Source of the DNA: Takakia lepidozioides
Lineage: Eukaryota > Plantae > Bryophyta
Length of the DNA stretch: 64,000 nt
Reading direction: 5' to 3'
Assembly: GCA_030704615.1 (NCBI GenBank)
Contig: CM060734.1
Location: 15,190,001-15,254,000, forward strand
In this document: piece by piece, positions 34,330 to 47,369 of the stretch
Layout: each line of letters opens with the position of its first letter
How positions within the stretch are numbered: the stretch's first letter is position 1
Notes under the pieces: generated by a model
What the model was told of the DNA's origin: nothing
The model's input: only the letters and a program-made list of their open reading frames with translations
Databases searched by the model: none
Position numbers and translations under genes: made by a program

Positions 34330-37300
34330 AAGTTGATTAGACACGTAATCAAAGCTACATAATAATTCTCGCACCGAACTGTACCCGCTGAGTTGGATAT
34401 ATAGCACTGGGGCTATGAATTATTTCCAAGACCATGTTCTTCTTTTAAAGTCCCGAAAGCTAGGAAGAAAATAGATTGAAGGTCTATACTCATGAGGGAG
34501 GAATACTTGCACTAATTAAAAAATGGATACCAAGAGATATACTATGGATAAAGCTAATACCTGGCACTAAATTTCAAAGCTGTTTACCAAGAACAAGAGC
34601 TGCGAATAATACACTCAACGAATGGTTACCACAAGAAAGATCTGAAGAACCGTCCACAGTGACAAGCCCAAATCAAGGTTTTGCTGAATTATTGGAAGAG
34701 AAATTTGAGGATCTTTTAAGTGAAGAAGGCGAAAGAATTGAAATCGCTACTCCAGAAAAAGTAACCAGAACAGCATTCAAAGCTTTTAAAGATTCACTAA
34801 GTTCAGTTGGAACAGCAGCCAGTAAGCGGCTATCCTTAGGACAAGGACCTTGCAACTTTGAATCTTTCTTTGGAAGGCAAACACCAGCAACACCACTAGT
34901 ATTGACGATCCCAACACCAACACAGTCAACAACAGCTGGACCATTTCAATTTGGACAACCAGCAGCACCAGTTGCACCAGTTGCACCAGGAGCACCAATG
35001 GCTTTGGCAGCAAGCAAAACTCGACCACCATTTCCCCTGTATGATGGGAAATCTGATCCAGATATTCATCTCAATCAATTTGAGAACATGTGCACCATTT
35101 ACATTAATGAAGCAACAGATCAGGAGAAGATCCAGTTGTTTCCTTGCTCAATGGCCACGAAGGCAATTGAGTGGTTGGCAACATTCCTAGCCAATATTTT
35201 TGCAACCTGGGCTGATATGAAAGCAGCCTTTCAAGAAAGGTATCAATCCAACAAATCCACATCTGAAATCTTCACAGGATTACAGAATCTGAGACAGAAA
35301 AAGAAAGAATTGGTAGTTGACTACCTGGAGAGGATGAAGACTCTGATCATAACTACCTCAAGCACCAGGGGATGACTTATAGAAGTCACAGTTCATTAAT
35401 TGGCTTCGTCCTGAGTATGTAACTATGGTTACAGTCATGCCTGATAACACTTTGGCTGAAGCACTAGGTACTGCAAAGAAATTGGAACTTGGGTTCCACC
35501 AGAGCAGAAGCAAGGATTCCAAGGATAAATTGGAAGAGGAAGACTCTGATGATGACGAAAAACCCAAGCCAAAGAAGAAGGAGGTGATTGATAAAACCAC
35601 CTTGGACCAGAAGATAGCAGAGGCTATCAAGAATTTTAAAGAGGAAGGACCAAGAAAGGCACGAGATGACTATCCACCACGGGATAGAGAACATCAACCC
35701 AGAAACAAAGAAACCATGAGATGCCACTATTGTAAGAAAGAGGGACACTGGAAACACGAATGCCAGTTGCGACTCAAGCATAAGGCATAATTGGGAAATA
35801 TGGAAGCCGGACCAAGGTAGCTGTGAGTGTGGTAACCCCTGTAGTGGATACCCTTGTGGTAACCCGGACTCAGGCCAGGAAACAAAAACCTCCAGATAAG
35901 GAGTCTGAATCCGAAGAAGACTGGAAACAATATCCAGAAAGTGCAGCATGGCAGGAAGAAAAGAGCCTACACCAGGAGGTAAGCAAAGCGATAGTTCAAA
36001 TGCAAGAAGGAACCCATATACCTTCTGGAGATCCAACTCCAGATAATCAGATCAGACCAACCACAAAGACCACGAATGAAACCATGGAGACAACATTGGC
36101 TGACGTAATATGCCAGACCAAGACCCAAATCACCATGGGACAATTACTGAAAATTGCTCCACACCCAAGAAAACCTTATTTCGAGTGATTGAGGCTTTGA
36201 CCACTACACCAAAACATAAGCCAACACCAGAGGTTTACACGATTAAACCCACGATTATACCACGAGTTACAGACTACAATGAAGCAATACCGGTGATGCA
36301 AGTACGTATCGGACAAAAGCTGGTGACGGATGTACTCATCGACGGAGGATCGGGAGTGAATATAATGACAAAAAGAATGAAGAAGTCACTGGGATTGGGG
36401 CATATGGAACCTGCTCCATTCACGGTACGAATGGCAGATCAACAAAAAGTACAGCCATTGGGTATTGACGCCTAGCAATGGAAGTGGCAGGAGTATCAGT
36501 GACCGTTCTTAGAATGGAAGACGTGGCAGAAGGGTATTCATTACTACTTGGAAGACCATGGTCCCCAAGCCCAATCTCACCATCTCACCATGATTGGGGA
36601 AGTCAGACTCTCACGATCAAGAAAGGATCAGAACAAGTCACTATCACCACGAAGCAACGAGGTACGATTCCATAAGAGAAACGACCTTGCCTAGTGGAAG
36701 AGTATGACTGGTCCAGTGGGCTGTCGGATGAAGAAGAAGCTACAGTGTACATGCAGCGCATCCACAACTAGAACCTATTGGTCAACTAGTGGTTAAAAAT
36801 ACCACGACAGTAGAATGCCACATGGTGAACACTCAAGGGGAAACAAGCAATCCACTAACGGATGATCCCGAGGAAGATGCCATGGACACACCTCAACACC
36901 CCGCTCGTTTCTATCAAGAAAGAGAAGAGGATATCAGGATCAGTGAAATACTAGCTACAATTGCTACCATTGGACAAGAGATTGCAGGATGGACAGTGAC
37001 GGAAGAAACTGAACTGATTCAAGTGAATCTGGGTACAGTGGAAGATCCACAGATACTACGAGTAAGTGCAGACCTTGAAGAAACATTCCTTCATGAGGCC
37101 ACTGCACTATTCACTGAATACAAATATGTATTCGCTTGGAATTACAAGAATCTGAAGGGAATACCTCCCAACATCTGCCAGCACTGGATTGAGCTGGAAG
37201 TGGACACTAAACTGGTTCAACAGAACCAATACAGAATGAATCCCAACTATGCAGCTAAGGTTTGGGAAGAAATCAAGAAATTACTAGATGCGGGATTCAT

Positions 37301-37620
37301 ATACCCAGTAGTGACACCACAAAGGTTATCACCCATTGTAATAGTACCCAAGAAGAATGGCAAATTGCGAGTATGTGTGGACTACCGCAAATTGAATGCA
37401 GGAACCAAGAAAGACCCATTTCCACTACCTGTACAGAGATAGTGTTGGACACAGTGGCAGGACATGAAATGTACTCATTCATGGATGGATTCAGTGGGTA
37501 CAATCAGGTACAATGGCAGAAGAAGACCGAGAGAAGATCGCATTCATCACTGAATGGGGAGCTTACGCTTATAGAGTCATGCCATTTGGACTTCGCAACG
37601 CACCTGCCACGTTTCAACGA
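34330..37620 (+). mobile_element. Non-chromovirus Ty3/gypsy fragment (gag-PR-partial RT), truncated at 37620
   Basis: Gag YDGKSDPDIHLNQFE, knuckle CHYCKKEGHWKHEC, protease [61 protein letters not shown] ending abruptly. Confidence 0.88.
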
Positions 37621-37940
37621 CACTAGAAGGAATCATGTCTTTTTCAAATCGACTGGGTGTCCGAAACCACTCCGGGAACAACTTTGCAGTTGGAGTTAGT
37701 ACTGGAGAGTCGCAACGGAAATTTAGGCCCATGGGGGCATTTCAGATGGCAGATACAAGTTGGGTCAATGACTCCGGAGTTGTAGCAATAATCGCGGCTA
37801 TTTAATTCAATTACGTAAATATATAAAATTTTAAAAGCGGCAACTACAAGTGGTTTTAAGCACTGGAGAAACGACTCGAAAACCAAAATCCGTATTCCTA
37901 ATAAATTCAGTTTTATATTTTTTAATTGGGGTGTCTACGT
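37621..37940 (+). mobile_element. CACTA terminus (CACTAGAAG...) inserted into the gypsy RT
   Basis: RT coding sequence stops exactly at cactagaagg. The other end was not found in the window. Confidence 0.55.
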
Positions 37941-38039
37941 GGCTCATGACATGTAATATTTTAATGTATTTTAGCTCCTCATAGACATTAGGGTTCGTGG
38001 GTTGGCAAGTTGATTTCGGCTAAGTGTTAGGAGAGGGAG

Positions 38040-40262
38040 CGCTCGAGATGGAGGCTTTGGAGAGATATGAGCAAGCAATGTGGGAAGGATGAAGACCAAA
38101 TCGTGGCCCATGTCCCCTTGTTGCAAACGTTCCTAGCGTCAGGGTCCAAATACAGAAGTAGAGGTTAGAAGTAAGGCGGGGCAATATGTGCTCAAGCTAA
38201 TAGAGATGTTGGCAGGCTGCATTTGGAGATGCGCACGTGCGAGCCTGGCAGCCCTGAGAAAGGGCAAAGAGGTCCATGGTGACATCATCAAAGCTGGAAT
38301 TGGACCAGATGTCATTGCAAACAATACCCTGGTGGACATGTATGCCAAATGTGGTAGCATCGAAGCTGCGAAGGGAGAGTTTGACAACATGGCTGAATGA
38401 GATGTTCTCTCATGGAACACGCTAATCGCAGGATATGGCCAGCATATGTGCGAGATGATGGCATTGGAGACATATGAGCAAATGTCGCGGGAAGGGGTGC
38501 AGTCTGATCGGGTCACGTTCATTTGTGTTTGCAATGCACGTACAAACCTGGCAGCCCTGAAAACCTGGAGACCTGGAGACCTGGTAAAGGGCAAAGAGAT
38601 CCATCGTGACATCGTCAAAGCTGGAACTGTACAGATGTCATTCTGAACAATACCCTCGTGGACATGTATGCCAAACGTGGGAGCATTGATGAAATGCCTC
38701 TTCTGGCTCTTCTGGGCATGTGAAGATGCTTTGTGAGGCAGACGGACCAGCACGTAGCCCAGTGGTAATGGGCACATACCACGTTGGATGTGGTTGTGGG
38801 TTCAAACCACGGTCTGGTGTGTCATGGTGTCCACCTTTCAACTGGAAGGCAGTAGCCCTTGTGGTGAATAAGTTACACTCCCTTTGGGAGACGTCATAAA
38901 TAAATAAATAAATAATAATGTGAGGCAGGCAGACTAAAAGAGGCTCTACAGACTTTAACCAGGAGCATTTCAACAGATTCAGATTTGTGTGTATGTCTCT
39001 TGCTTAAGTGCATCAAGATGAAAGGTCTGGAAGCTGGAAAGAAGGTGCACACCCACATTATCCAAAGTGGATTCACGCCAAGTGTTTTTCTCCTCAATAC
39101 CCTTGTCAACATATGTGTTAAGTGCGGGAGCATCATGAATGCTCACCAAGTGTTCAACGGAATGCCTCAACGATCTTTGATCACGTGGAATACAATGTTG
39201 ATAGGATTTACCAAGCATGGGTGTGGTAGGAATGCTTTGGAGACATACGAGCGAATGTTGCGCGAAGGGGTGAAGCCCAACCACATCACATTTATTTGTG
39301 TTTGTAATGTGTGTGCAAGCCTGGGAGCCCTAGAAAAAGGGAAAGAGGTCCATGGTGAATCGTCAAAGCTGGAATTGTATCATATGTCATTCTGAAGACT
39401 GCCCTGGTGGACATGTATGCCAAATGTGGGTGCATCAAGGATGCAAAGGCAGTGTTCAACAATATGGCTGAATGAAATCTGGTATCATGGAGTGCAATAA
39501 TTGCAGGATATGCACATCAGGGGTGCGGGGTGGAGGCTTTGGAGACCAGTGAGCAAATGATGGGGGAAGGGGTGAAGCCCGGCCACATCATGTTTGTGTG
39601 CATTTGCAATGCTTGAGCAAGTCTGGCAGCCCTGGAGAAGGGCAAAGAGGTACATGGGGATATCATCAAAGCTGGAATTGTACCAAATGTCATTCTGAAC
39701 ACTGCCCTAGCAGCTCTGGGAAAGGGGAAGGAGGTACATGGCGACATTTTCAGAGCTGGAATTTTACCAAATGTCATTCTGAACAAGACCCTGGTGGACA
39801 GGTTTGCAAAATGTGGGTGCATCGAGGATGCAAAGGGAGTGTTCAACACTATGGCTGAACGAGATGTGGTGTCGTGGAGTGTGATGCTTACAGGGTATGC
39901 ACAGCAGGGACGTGGGATGGAGGCTTTGGAGACCTATGATCAGATGATGGGGGAAGGGGTGAAGCCTGGCCACATCATGTTTGTGTGCATTTGCAATGCT
40001 TGAGCAAGCCTAGCAGCCCTAGAGAAGGGCAAGGAGGTGCATGGGGACATCAGCAAAGCTGGAATTGTACCAAATGTCATTCTGAACACTGCCTTGGCAG
40101 CTCTGGAAAAGGGGAAAGAGGTACATGGCGACATCTTCAGAGCTGGAATTTTATTAAATGTCATTCTGAACAAGACCCTGGTGGACAGGTTTGCAAAATG
40201 TGGGTGCATCGAGGATGCAAAGGGAGTGTTCAACACTATGGCTGAACGAGATGTGGTGTCGT
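38040..40262 (+). pseudogene. PLS-class PPR gene fragments, with a 387-bp tandem unit at the 3' end
   Basis: NTLVDMYAKCGSIE.A..FD.M.ERDVVSW..ML.GYAQQG.G.EALE.Y.QM..EGVKP..I.FVCICNA; stops and frameshifts throughout. Confidence 0.9.
38747..38918 (+). mobile_element. tRNA-derived SINE
   Basis: A box TAGCCCAGTGG (38755-38765), B box GGTTCAAACC (38799-38808), (TAAA)n tail, ~15-bp target duplication tgtgaggcag.c.ga (38732-38746 and 38919-38933). The paralogous site at ~42930-42950 lacks it. Confidence 0.85.
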
Positions 40263-40816
40263 AGGCCACAACAGCTTATCAAAGCAAAGCATCACAGTTT
40301 ATGGGGTACAACTGTCATTGGCCATGTTTGGGCACTTACAATAGCAATTGGTTTGCATTTCTTGAAGTGAAAGGCTCGCCCCTCCATTTTGGGTTGCAGA
40401 TGTTTGGTACTTCTACGCAATTGCTGCCAACTGTGTCACCTACCCACCGCCAAAACGCAAAAATGTATGAAGGGAATCAACATCACAGATTGTTGTTTGC
40501 CAACAATGAAATAACAGCAATATCAGTCCTGAATGCTTCAATCTTGGTGATGGCGAGTGAGAAAGTGGTGGCCTCCAAGTCCTGTGGTCATCATAAGCTA
40601 ACCATCACAGTAGCATATATGGGTGTTGTGATAAGTCCTCTCTACATAATGAGAATGATAGATTCCTGTTTGAGAAAGAGCCCGAAGAGCCTAGTACCCG
40701 TCATGAGTAACATATACATGCTAAAATGTGTCCCTAAGGTATTACAAATTTACTGACTGAGAATTTGAAGAAGCAATACTGCATTGGCCAAACCTGAGAA
40801 TTAAGAATTGATTTCA

Positions 40817-43603
40817 AGCATCACACTCCACGACACCACATCTCGTTCAGCCATAGTGTTGAACACTCCCTTTGCATCCTCGACGCACCCACATTTGCAA
40901 CCATGTCCACCAGGGTATTGTTCAGAATGACATTTGGTACACTTCCAGCTTTGAAGATGTCGCCATGTACCTCTTTCCCCTTTTCCAGAGCTGCCAGGGC
41001 AATGTTCATAATGACATTTGGTACAATTCCAGCTTTGATGATATCCCCATGCACCTCTTTGCCCTTGTCCAGGGCTCGATGCACCCACATTTTGCATACA
41101 TGTCCACCAGGGTATTGTTCATAATGACATTTGGTACAATTCCAGCTCTGAAGATGTCGCCATGGACCTCTTTTCCCTTTTCCAGAGCTGCCAGGGCAAT
41201 GTTCATAATGACATTTGGTACAATTCTAGCTTTGATATTGATATCCCCATGCACCTCTTTGCCGTTCTCCAGGGCTGCCAGGCTTGCACAAGCATTGCAA
41301 ATGCACACAAACATGATGTGGCCGGGCTTCAACCCTTCCCCCATCATTTGCTCATAGGTCTCCAAAGCCTCCATCCCACGGCCCTGTTGTGCATACCCTG
41401 TAAGCATTGCACTCCACGACACCACATCTCGTTGTGCCACAGTGTTGAACACTCCCTTTGCATCCTCGATGCACCCACATTTTGCAAACCTGTCCACCAG
41501 GGTCTTGTTCAGAATGACATTTGGTAAAATTCCAGCTCTGAAGATGTCGCCATGTACCTCCTTCCCCTTTTCCAGAGCTGCTAGGGCAGTGTTCAGAATG
41601 ACATTTGGTACAATTCCAGCTTTGATGATATCCCCATGCACCTCTTTGCCCTTCTCCAGGGCTGCCAGGCTTGCTCAAGCATTGCAAATGCACACAAACA
41701 TGGTGTGGCCGGGTTTCACCCCTTCCCCCATCATTTGGTCATAGGTCTCCAAAGCCTCCATCCCACGTCCCTACTCTGCATACCCTGCAAGCATCGCACT
41801 CCACAACACCACATCTCGTTCAGTTGAACACTCCCTTTGCATCCTCGATGAACCCATACATTTTGCAAACCTGTCCACCAGGGTCTTGTTCAGAATGACA
41901 TTTGGTACAATTCCAGCTTTGAAGATGTCGCCATGTACCTCCTCCCCCTTTTCCAGAGCCGTCAGGGCAGTGTTCAGATTGACATTTGGTACAATTCTAG
42001 CTTTGATGATATCCCCATGCACCTCTTTGCCCTTCTCCAGGGCTCCCAGGCTTGCTCAAGCATTGCAAATGCACACAAACATGATGTGGCCAGGCTTCAC
42101 CCCTTCCCCCATCATTTGCTCACAGGTCTCCAAAGCCTCCATCCCACGTCCCTACTGTGCATACCTTGCAAGCATCGCACTCCACGACACCACATCTCGT
42201 TCAGCCATAGTGTTGAACACTCCCTTTGCATCCTCGTAACACCCACATTTTGAACCTGTCCACCAGGGTCTTGTTCAGAATGACATTTAATAAAATTCCA
42301 GCTCTGAAGATGTCGCCATGTACCTCCTTCCCTTTTCCAGAGCTGCCAGGGCAGTGTTCAGAATGACATTTGGTACAATTCCAACTTTGATGATATCCCC
42401 ACATTGCACCTCTTTGCCCTTCTCCAGGGCTGCCAGGCTTGCTCAAGCATTGCAAATGCATACAAACATGATGTGGCTGGGCTTCACCCCTTACCCCATC
42501 ATATGCTCATAGGTCTCCAAAGCCTCCACCCCGCGCCCCTGCTGTGCATATCCTGGAATTATTGCACTCCACGATACCACATTTCATTCAGCCATATTGT
42601 TGAACACTGCCTTTGCATCCTTGATGCACCCACATTTGGCATACATGTCCACCAGGGCAGTCTTCAGAATGACATATGATACAATTCCAGCTTTGACGAT
42701 TCACCATGGACCTCTTTCCCCTTTTCCAGGGCTCCCAGGCTTGCACACACGTTGCAAACACAAACTAATGTGATGTGGTTGGGCTTCACCCCTTCGCGCA
42801 ACATTCGCTCGTATGTCTCCAAAGCATTCCTACCACACCCATGCTTGGTAAATCCTGCCAACATTGTATTCCACGTGATCAAAGATCGTTGAGGCATTCC
42901 GTTGAACTTAAAGTCTGTAGAGCCTCTTTGAATCTGCCAGCCTCACAAAGCATCTTCACATGCCCAGAAGAGCCAGAAGAGGCATTATGGACTCCCTCTC
43001 TTGATCCTCTTTCAGAAGCCAGCGAGCTAACTTAAAAAATTCAATATGCGGCTCAGGGCCAAGTCTGATGAGAGGGAAAAACAGGCTGAAATAGGTTGAA
43101 GAAGAAGGTGCCCTCACCACATTGTCCTTGACCTTGTGTCATGGCCCATGGAGGATTTGACTGACCATCAACCCAGAAGGACCTCTTGTGTGTGTTGTTT
43201 GTATCTGTAGTTAGGTATTGTCGGATTGGTATGTGAGAACCAACACAGTGCAGCTGAGCAGAGCTCCTCCATCCTTTGCCTTTTTCCAGGGCTGCCAGGT
43301 TTGCACATGCATTGCAAAGACAAATGAACGTGACCCGGTCAGGCTGCACCCCTTCCCGCAACATTTGCTAATATGTCTCCAATGCCTAGCTTTGAGCTTG
43401 GCATACATGTCCACAAGGGTATTGTTCAGAATGACATCTACCACAATTCCAGCTTTGACGATGCAACCAGGGACCTCTTTGCCCTTCTCCAGCAGGCTCG
43501 CACATGCATTGCAAATGCAAACAAATGTAATGTGGTCGGGCTTCACCCCCTCCCACATCATTTGCTTATAGGTCTCCAAAACCTCCAATCCTCGCCCCTG
43601 TTG
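40817..43603 (-). pseudogene. PLS-class PPR fragments, inverted relative to 38690-40262, with 4-5 tandem ~387-bp units
   Basis: Same peptides on the minus strand. The unit marker recurs at ~41282, 41669, 42050 and 42437. Confidence 0.9.
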
Positions 43604-43920
43604 CCACCTAGCAACCATTGAGGGGTACTCCAGAATAATTTCAAGGGAACAATCAAGCCCATCATCTAAGGAATCTGCATTATTCTGGAACAACGTCCAA
43701 TTGGCATCTACTGGTCAACAACCCTTTATGTACATTTTCCCATCCTTGGGATTATACAGACCTTCTGCAAAATACACAAGCGGATTTTCAACAGAAAACC
43801 CAGCTGGTGTAATCTTCAAGTGAGCTCCCACTTTGAAATATTATGGTTGCTTGCTTGGGCAGCATGCACTTGAGCGAGGATTCGCTTTTAACGACATCAT
43901 CCATTGTCCCTCTGGAACCA
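43604..43920 (-). pseudogene. Captured fragment of a plant DUF2921-type gene, fused in frame to a PPR fragment
   Basis: YFAEGLYNPKDGKMYIKGC*PVDANWTLFQNNADSLDDGLDCSLEIILEYPSMVARW resembles the EGLY..GKMYLVGCR..GLDC.IEV...YP...RW segment of DUF2921 proteins (from recall). Confidence 0.6.
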
Positions 43921-43931
43921 TGGTAAAATTA

Positions 43932-44570
43932 CACTACAACAGATTCCGGCTTTTACGTCTGCTATTTTCCAGTTGTATCAGCCTTTTATGACTGCATGAC
44001 TGCCCAGTCAGATAAACCCAGTCAGTTGTGACAAATGAGTCGTAAGTGCCATAGAGTCGTATCTGCCAGTCGTGGAGCTCATTGTTGACGTGGCAACGGG
44101 AACGCCTAATCATAGTCATTGATAAGACCGTAATAAATGATTGCGAATCCATGTCATCTTCACGTGGAACGGAAGGGATATGCCACATGTCACGTCAAAG
44201 GGAAGGCAACAGGGTCTTCACGACTGGCATATACGACTTCCGCGGATTAACCCCAGGACAGCATGTGGATAATACCGGGAACGACACATGGCATGACAGG
44301 GTGACTTCCGCAGATTAACCCCAGGACCACACGTGGATTAGACTGGACATGACACGTGGCATGACAATATGGAGCGGGAGGGTCTTTCGTGACTGGAATA
44401 TATGACTTCGGACGTTTAATCCCAGGTCCACACGTGGAGTCAAATTATGCAGGATGGGGGTGGGGTGGTCGTTATGACTGGAACATATGACTTCCATTGC
44501 ACACTCTGGATACTGCACGTGGCACGAGTATGGGCAAACACGAGGGGTGAAAGTGGCACGTGGCGGAGGC
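43932..44570 (+). mobile_element. CACTA terminus with subterminal repeats, same family as 58138-58992
   Basis: CACTACAACAGATT is identical to the start at 58138. Repeated (a)tgact(tc) and cacgtgg motifs. No right TIR seen nearby. Confidence 0.7.
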
Positions 44571-44574
44571 TCTG

Positions 44575-46660
44575 TCTTGGTGAGCATTCATGATGCTCCC
44601 GCACTTAACATATATGTTGACAAGGGTGTTGAGGAGAAAAACACTTGGCGTGAATCCACTTTGGATAATGTGGGTGTGCACCTGATTTCTAGCTTCCAGA
44701 CCTTTCATCTTGATGCACTTAAGCAAGAGACATATACACATATCTGAATATGCTGAAATGCTCCTTGGAGGTAGTCGTGTACATGACCGTAGTCATGGGC
44801 CTGACTCTAGCAGCATTGAAACATGAAAGCACATTTGAAATTGGAACATCAATTCAAATACAACGTGACTTAATGTTCAGAGATCCGTTCCATAATCTAA
44901 TCCGGTGCTGCTACAAAGTTGCAAAGTCTAAGTAGACTTCCAAATGCTTGAGCAGAAGATGCATACGCTGGCTTGGCCGGACTTGGTCACCCACCTTCAA
45001 CTGCCATCCAGCCCGAAAATGGCAAAAGATACATGAGCAAGCTTTCAAGCAATACCATAGCAACAACAACATTGACATATGTGAAACAAACTAACATCAC
45101 TAAGAATACGTCTAAGCACATTACACAAACTCGATGTGTGCAAAATGGAAAATTAGAGGTAGGGAACCCTTACCCCATTGTGGCAGTCAAGGACTAGAGT
45201 TTGGGAGTTGTCTTGCTAACAGGTAGCGCGGTGGCTGCAAGCATCACACTCCATGACACCACATCTCATTCAGCTATAGTATTGAACACTCCCTTTGCAT
45301 CCTCGATGCACCCACATTTGGCATACATGTCCACCAGGGCAGTGTTCAGAATGACATCTGGTAATTGACAGGCATACACCTTTTTGCCTCTATTGTCCCA
45401 CCATTGACTGGGGTCAGAAAAGTATTCATTCCACAGCTTCTCCTCATCTCTGTAACCTATTTTTGGATACTTTCTTGTTGTCACATTGGCAATATCATAT
45501 CAAAGTCACTCCAAACTAGATTCACTCAACCAGCTAACTTGCAGAATTCAACATGGAAATTTAGGGCCAATTCTGATAAGAGGGAAAAGCAGGGTCTCAT
45601 GTGTTGAAGAAGGTGCCTTCATTAGCACTGCCTGATTTTATCAATTGTGCCGCTGTTGCTGCAACTTCCAGTTGACCATCTACCCATGCAGGTTTCTTGT
45701 AGCTATCCTTCCACAGGGAATCATAGGTAATTTGGAGCTTGAAATCCGGGCCTCTTGGATGAATCTGCACCCACACTCTATCCCTGCTCCTTCAGTCATG
45801 CCCACGAGAGTATTGTTCTGAATCACATCTGGTACAATTTCAGCTTTGGTGATGCAACCATGCACCTCTTTGCATGTGCTAATGTTTCCAGCTTCCAGAC
45901 CTTTGATCTTGATGCACTTAAGCAAGAGACAGACATACGTATCTGAATTTGCTGAAATGCCTTGTTGGTTTAAAGTCTGTAGAGCCTCTGTCGGTCTGCC
46001 TGCCTCACAAAGCATCTTCACACTCTATCCCTGCTCCTTCAGCTATCCAGGCCTCTGCACAAATCATGCACACATCCTTGCCTTGCTGCTAGCAGCTGAC
46101 AATGACAGCCTAGAATTTTTCCATCAAACACCCCAACCCTACTGACTTAGAGGCTATAGTGTCCAAAGCCATGTCTGTTTCCAGAAAATTGTCTGATGAA
46201 AATGAAGTTAGGCAGAAAACTTCCCTGGACTTGTTTCCAGTCTGTGATAGGGGAAGGACATCATGGATGACCTCAAGGGTCTACCCACTCTTGGCACCAG
46301 ACTGAAATTTAAACTCAGGGCAGGAATCCTACCTTTGAATAGCAAACAGAAGCAGAGAGGAAAGAGAGAGTGCAATTGCACCCAACTCAACTAATCACAC
46401 TAGTTCCTATGGTCAATTGCATCTGCTACTCTCTGTAATCTGAAAGGCATTCACCTTTTTGCCTCGGTTGTCCCACCATTTAATGGGGTCAGAAGAGTAT
46501 TCATCCCACAGCTTCTCCTCATATCTGTTACCTGTTTTTGGATACTTTCCTGTTGTCACATTGGCAGTATCATGTCAAAGTCACTCCAAACAAGATTCAC
46601 TCAACCAGCTAACTTGCAGAATTCAACATGGAAATTTAGGGCCAATTCTGATAAGAAGGA
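44575..46660 (-). pseudogene. PPR N-terminal fragments with OSB-type PDF motifs (two copies, ~45380-45600 and ~46455-46660)
   Basis: YPKIGYRDEEKLWNEYFSDPSQWWDNRGKK, MLCEAGRPTEALQTLNQQGISANSDTYVCLLLKCIK, and FWVDGQSNPPW at ~43150-43180. Confidence 0.65.
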
Positions 46661-47369
46661 AAAACACCGGAGGGTAGATCTCAAAATATGCCTCCAAACA
46701 TTGAAGGCACTGTTGTCTACAATGAGGTTGGAACGAACGACGTGGACATGCAAGGGAGGCAATATGGGTTGGGCCTGGATGGTCAGTAGAAGGTCAGATA
46801 GAGAGAGTTTCAGAGAACTTTTTCCTTGAGTTTACAATGCTCGATCGTAGTATTGACTGCATCATTCACGGAATTATTCCCAGGAATTCGCATCCCACGC
46901 ACACATTGCAAACAGGACAACAAGGACACACAACCATCTCATTTCAAAATTGGCCCCGAATAAAAGTAAAAGAAAACTTGATATCAAGTGTCACAGTCAT
47001 CAGAATCACAATCGACCTCCTGTGCTATGTCATCCACAAAGATTCCGGCCCCAACACCACGTCTTCTACCACGGCCGTCGATGGTTGGACTGCGAGTGTC
47101 ATGAACGGACATGCTTGCTGTAAGTGCCTCTGCATAGACGGGCAACATATAAGACTGAGGAGGACTTGAAAGAAGTCCAAAAAGGTGTGATAGCCCTAGA
47201 GGGTCAGTGGAAGCACACGGACTCCTGCACAAGTCGACAAAAACCCATTTTGAATACAATGATGCAATGCACAAGTCCAACGAAGACGATGTCTCCCATG
47301 TGCACTTTGCCTTAAGAACAACAATTATGGGTATTGAAACAACAATGTAGCATCCATAGGTTGAACTTA

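Noticed and set aside
40301-40756. 151-aa ORF in the spacer of the PPR inversion
   Set aside because: No motif I can recognise in this frame. It is possibly another captured fragment but cannot be assigned.
39480-42520. CRISPR-like or functional PPR array
   Set aside because: The units are ~387-bp coding-derived repeats without unique spacers, and they contain shared stops and frameshifts.
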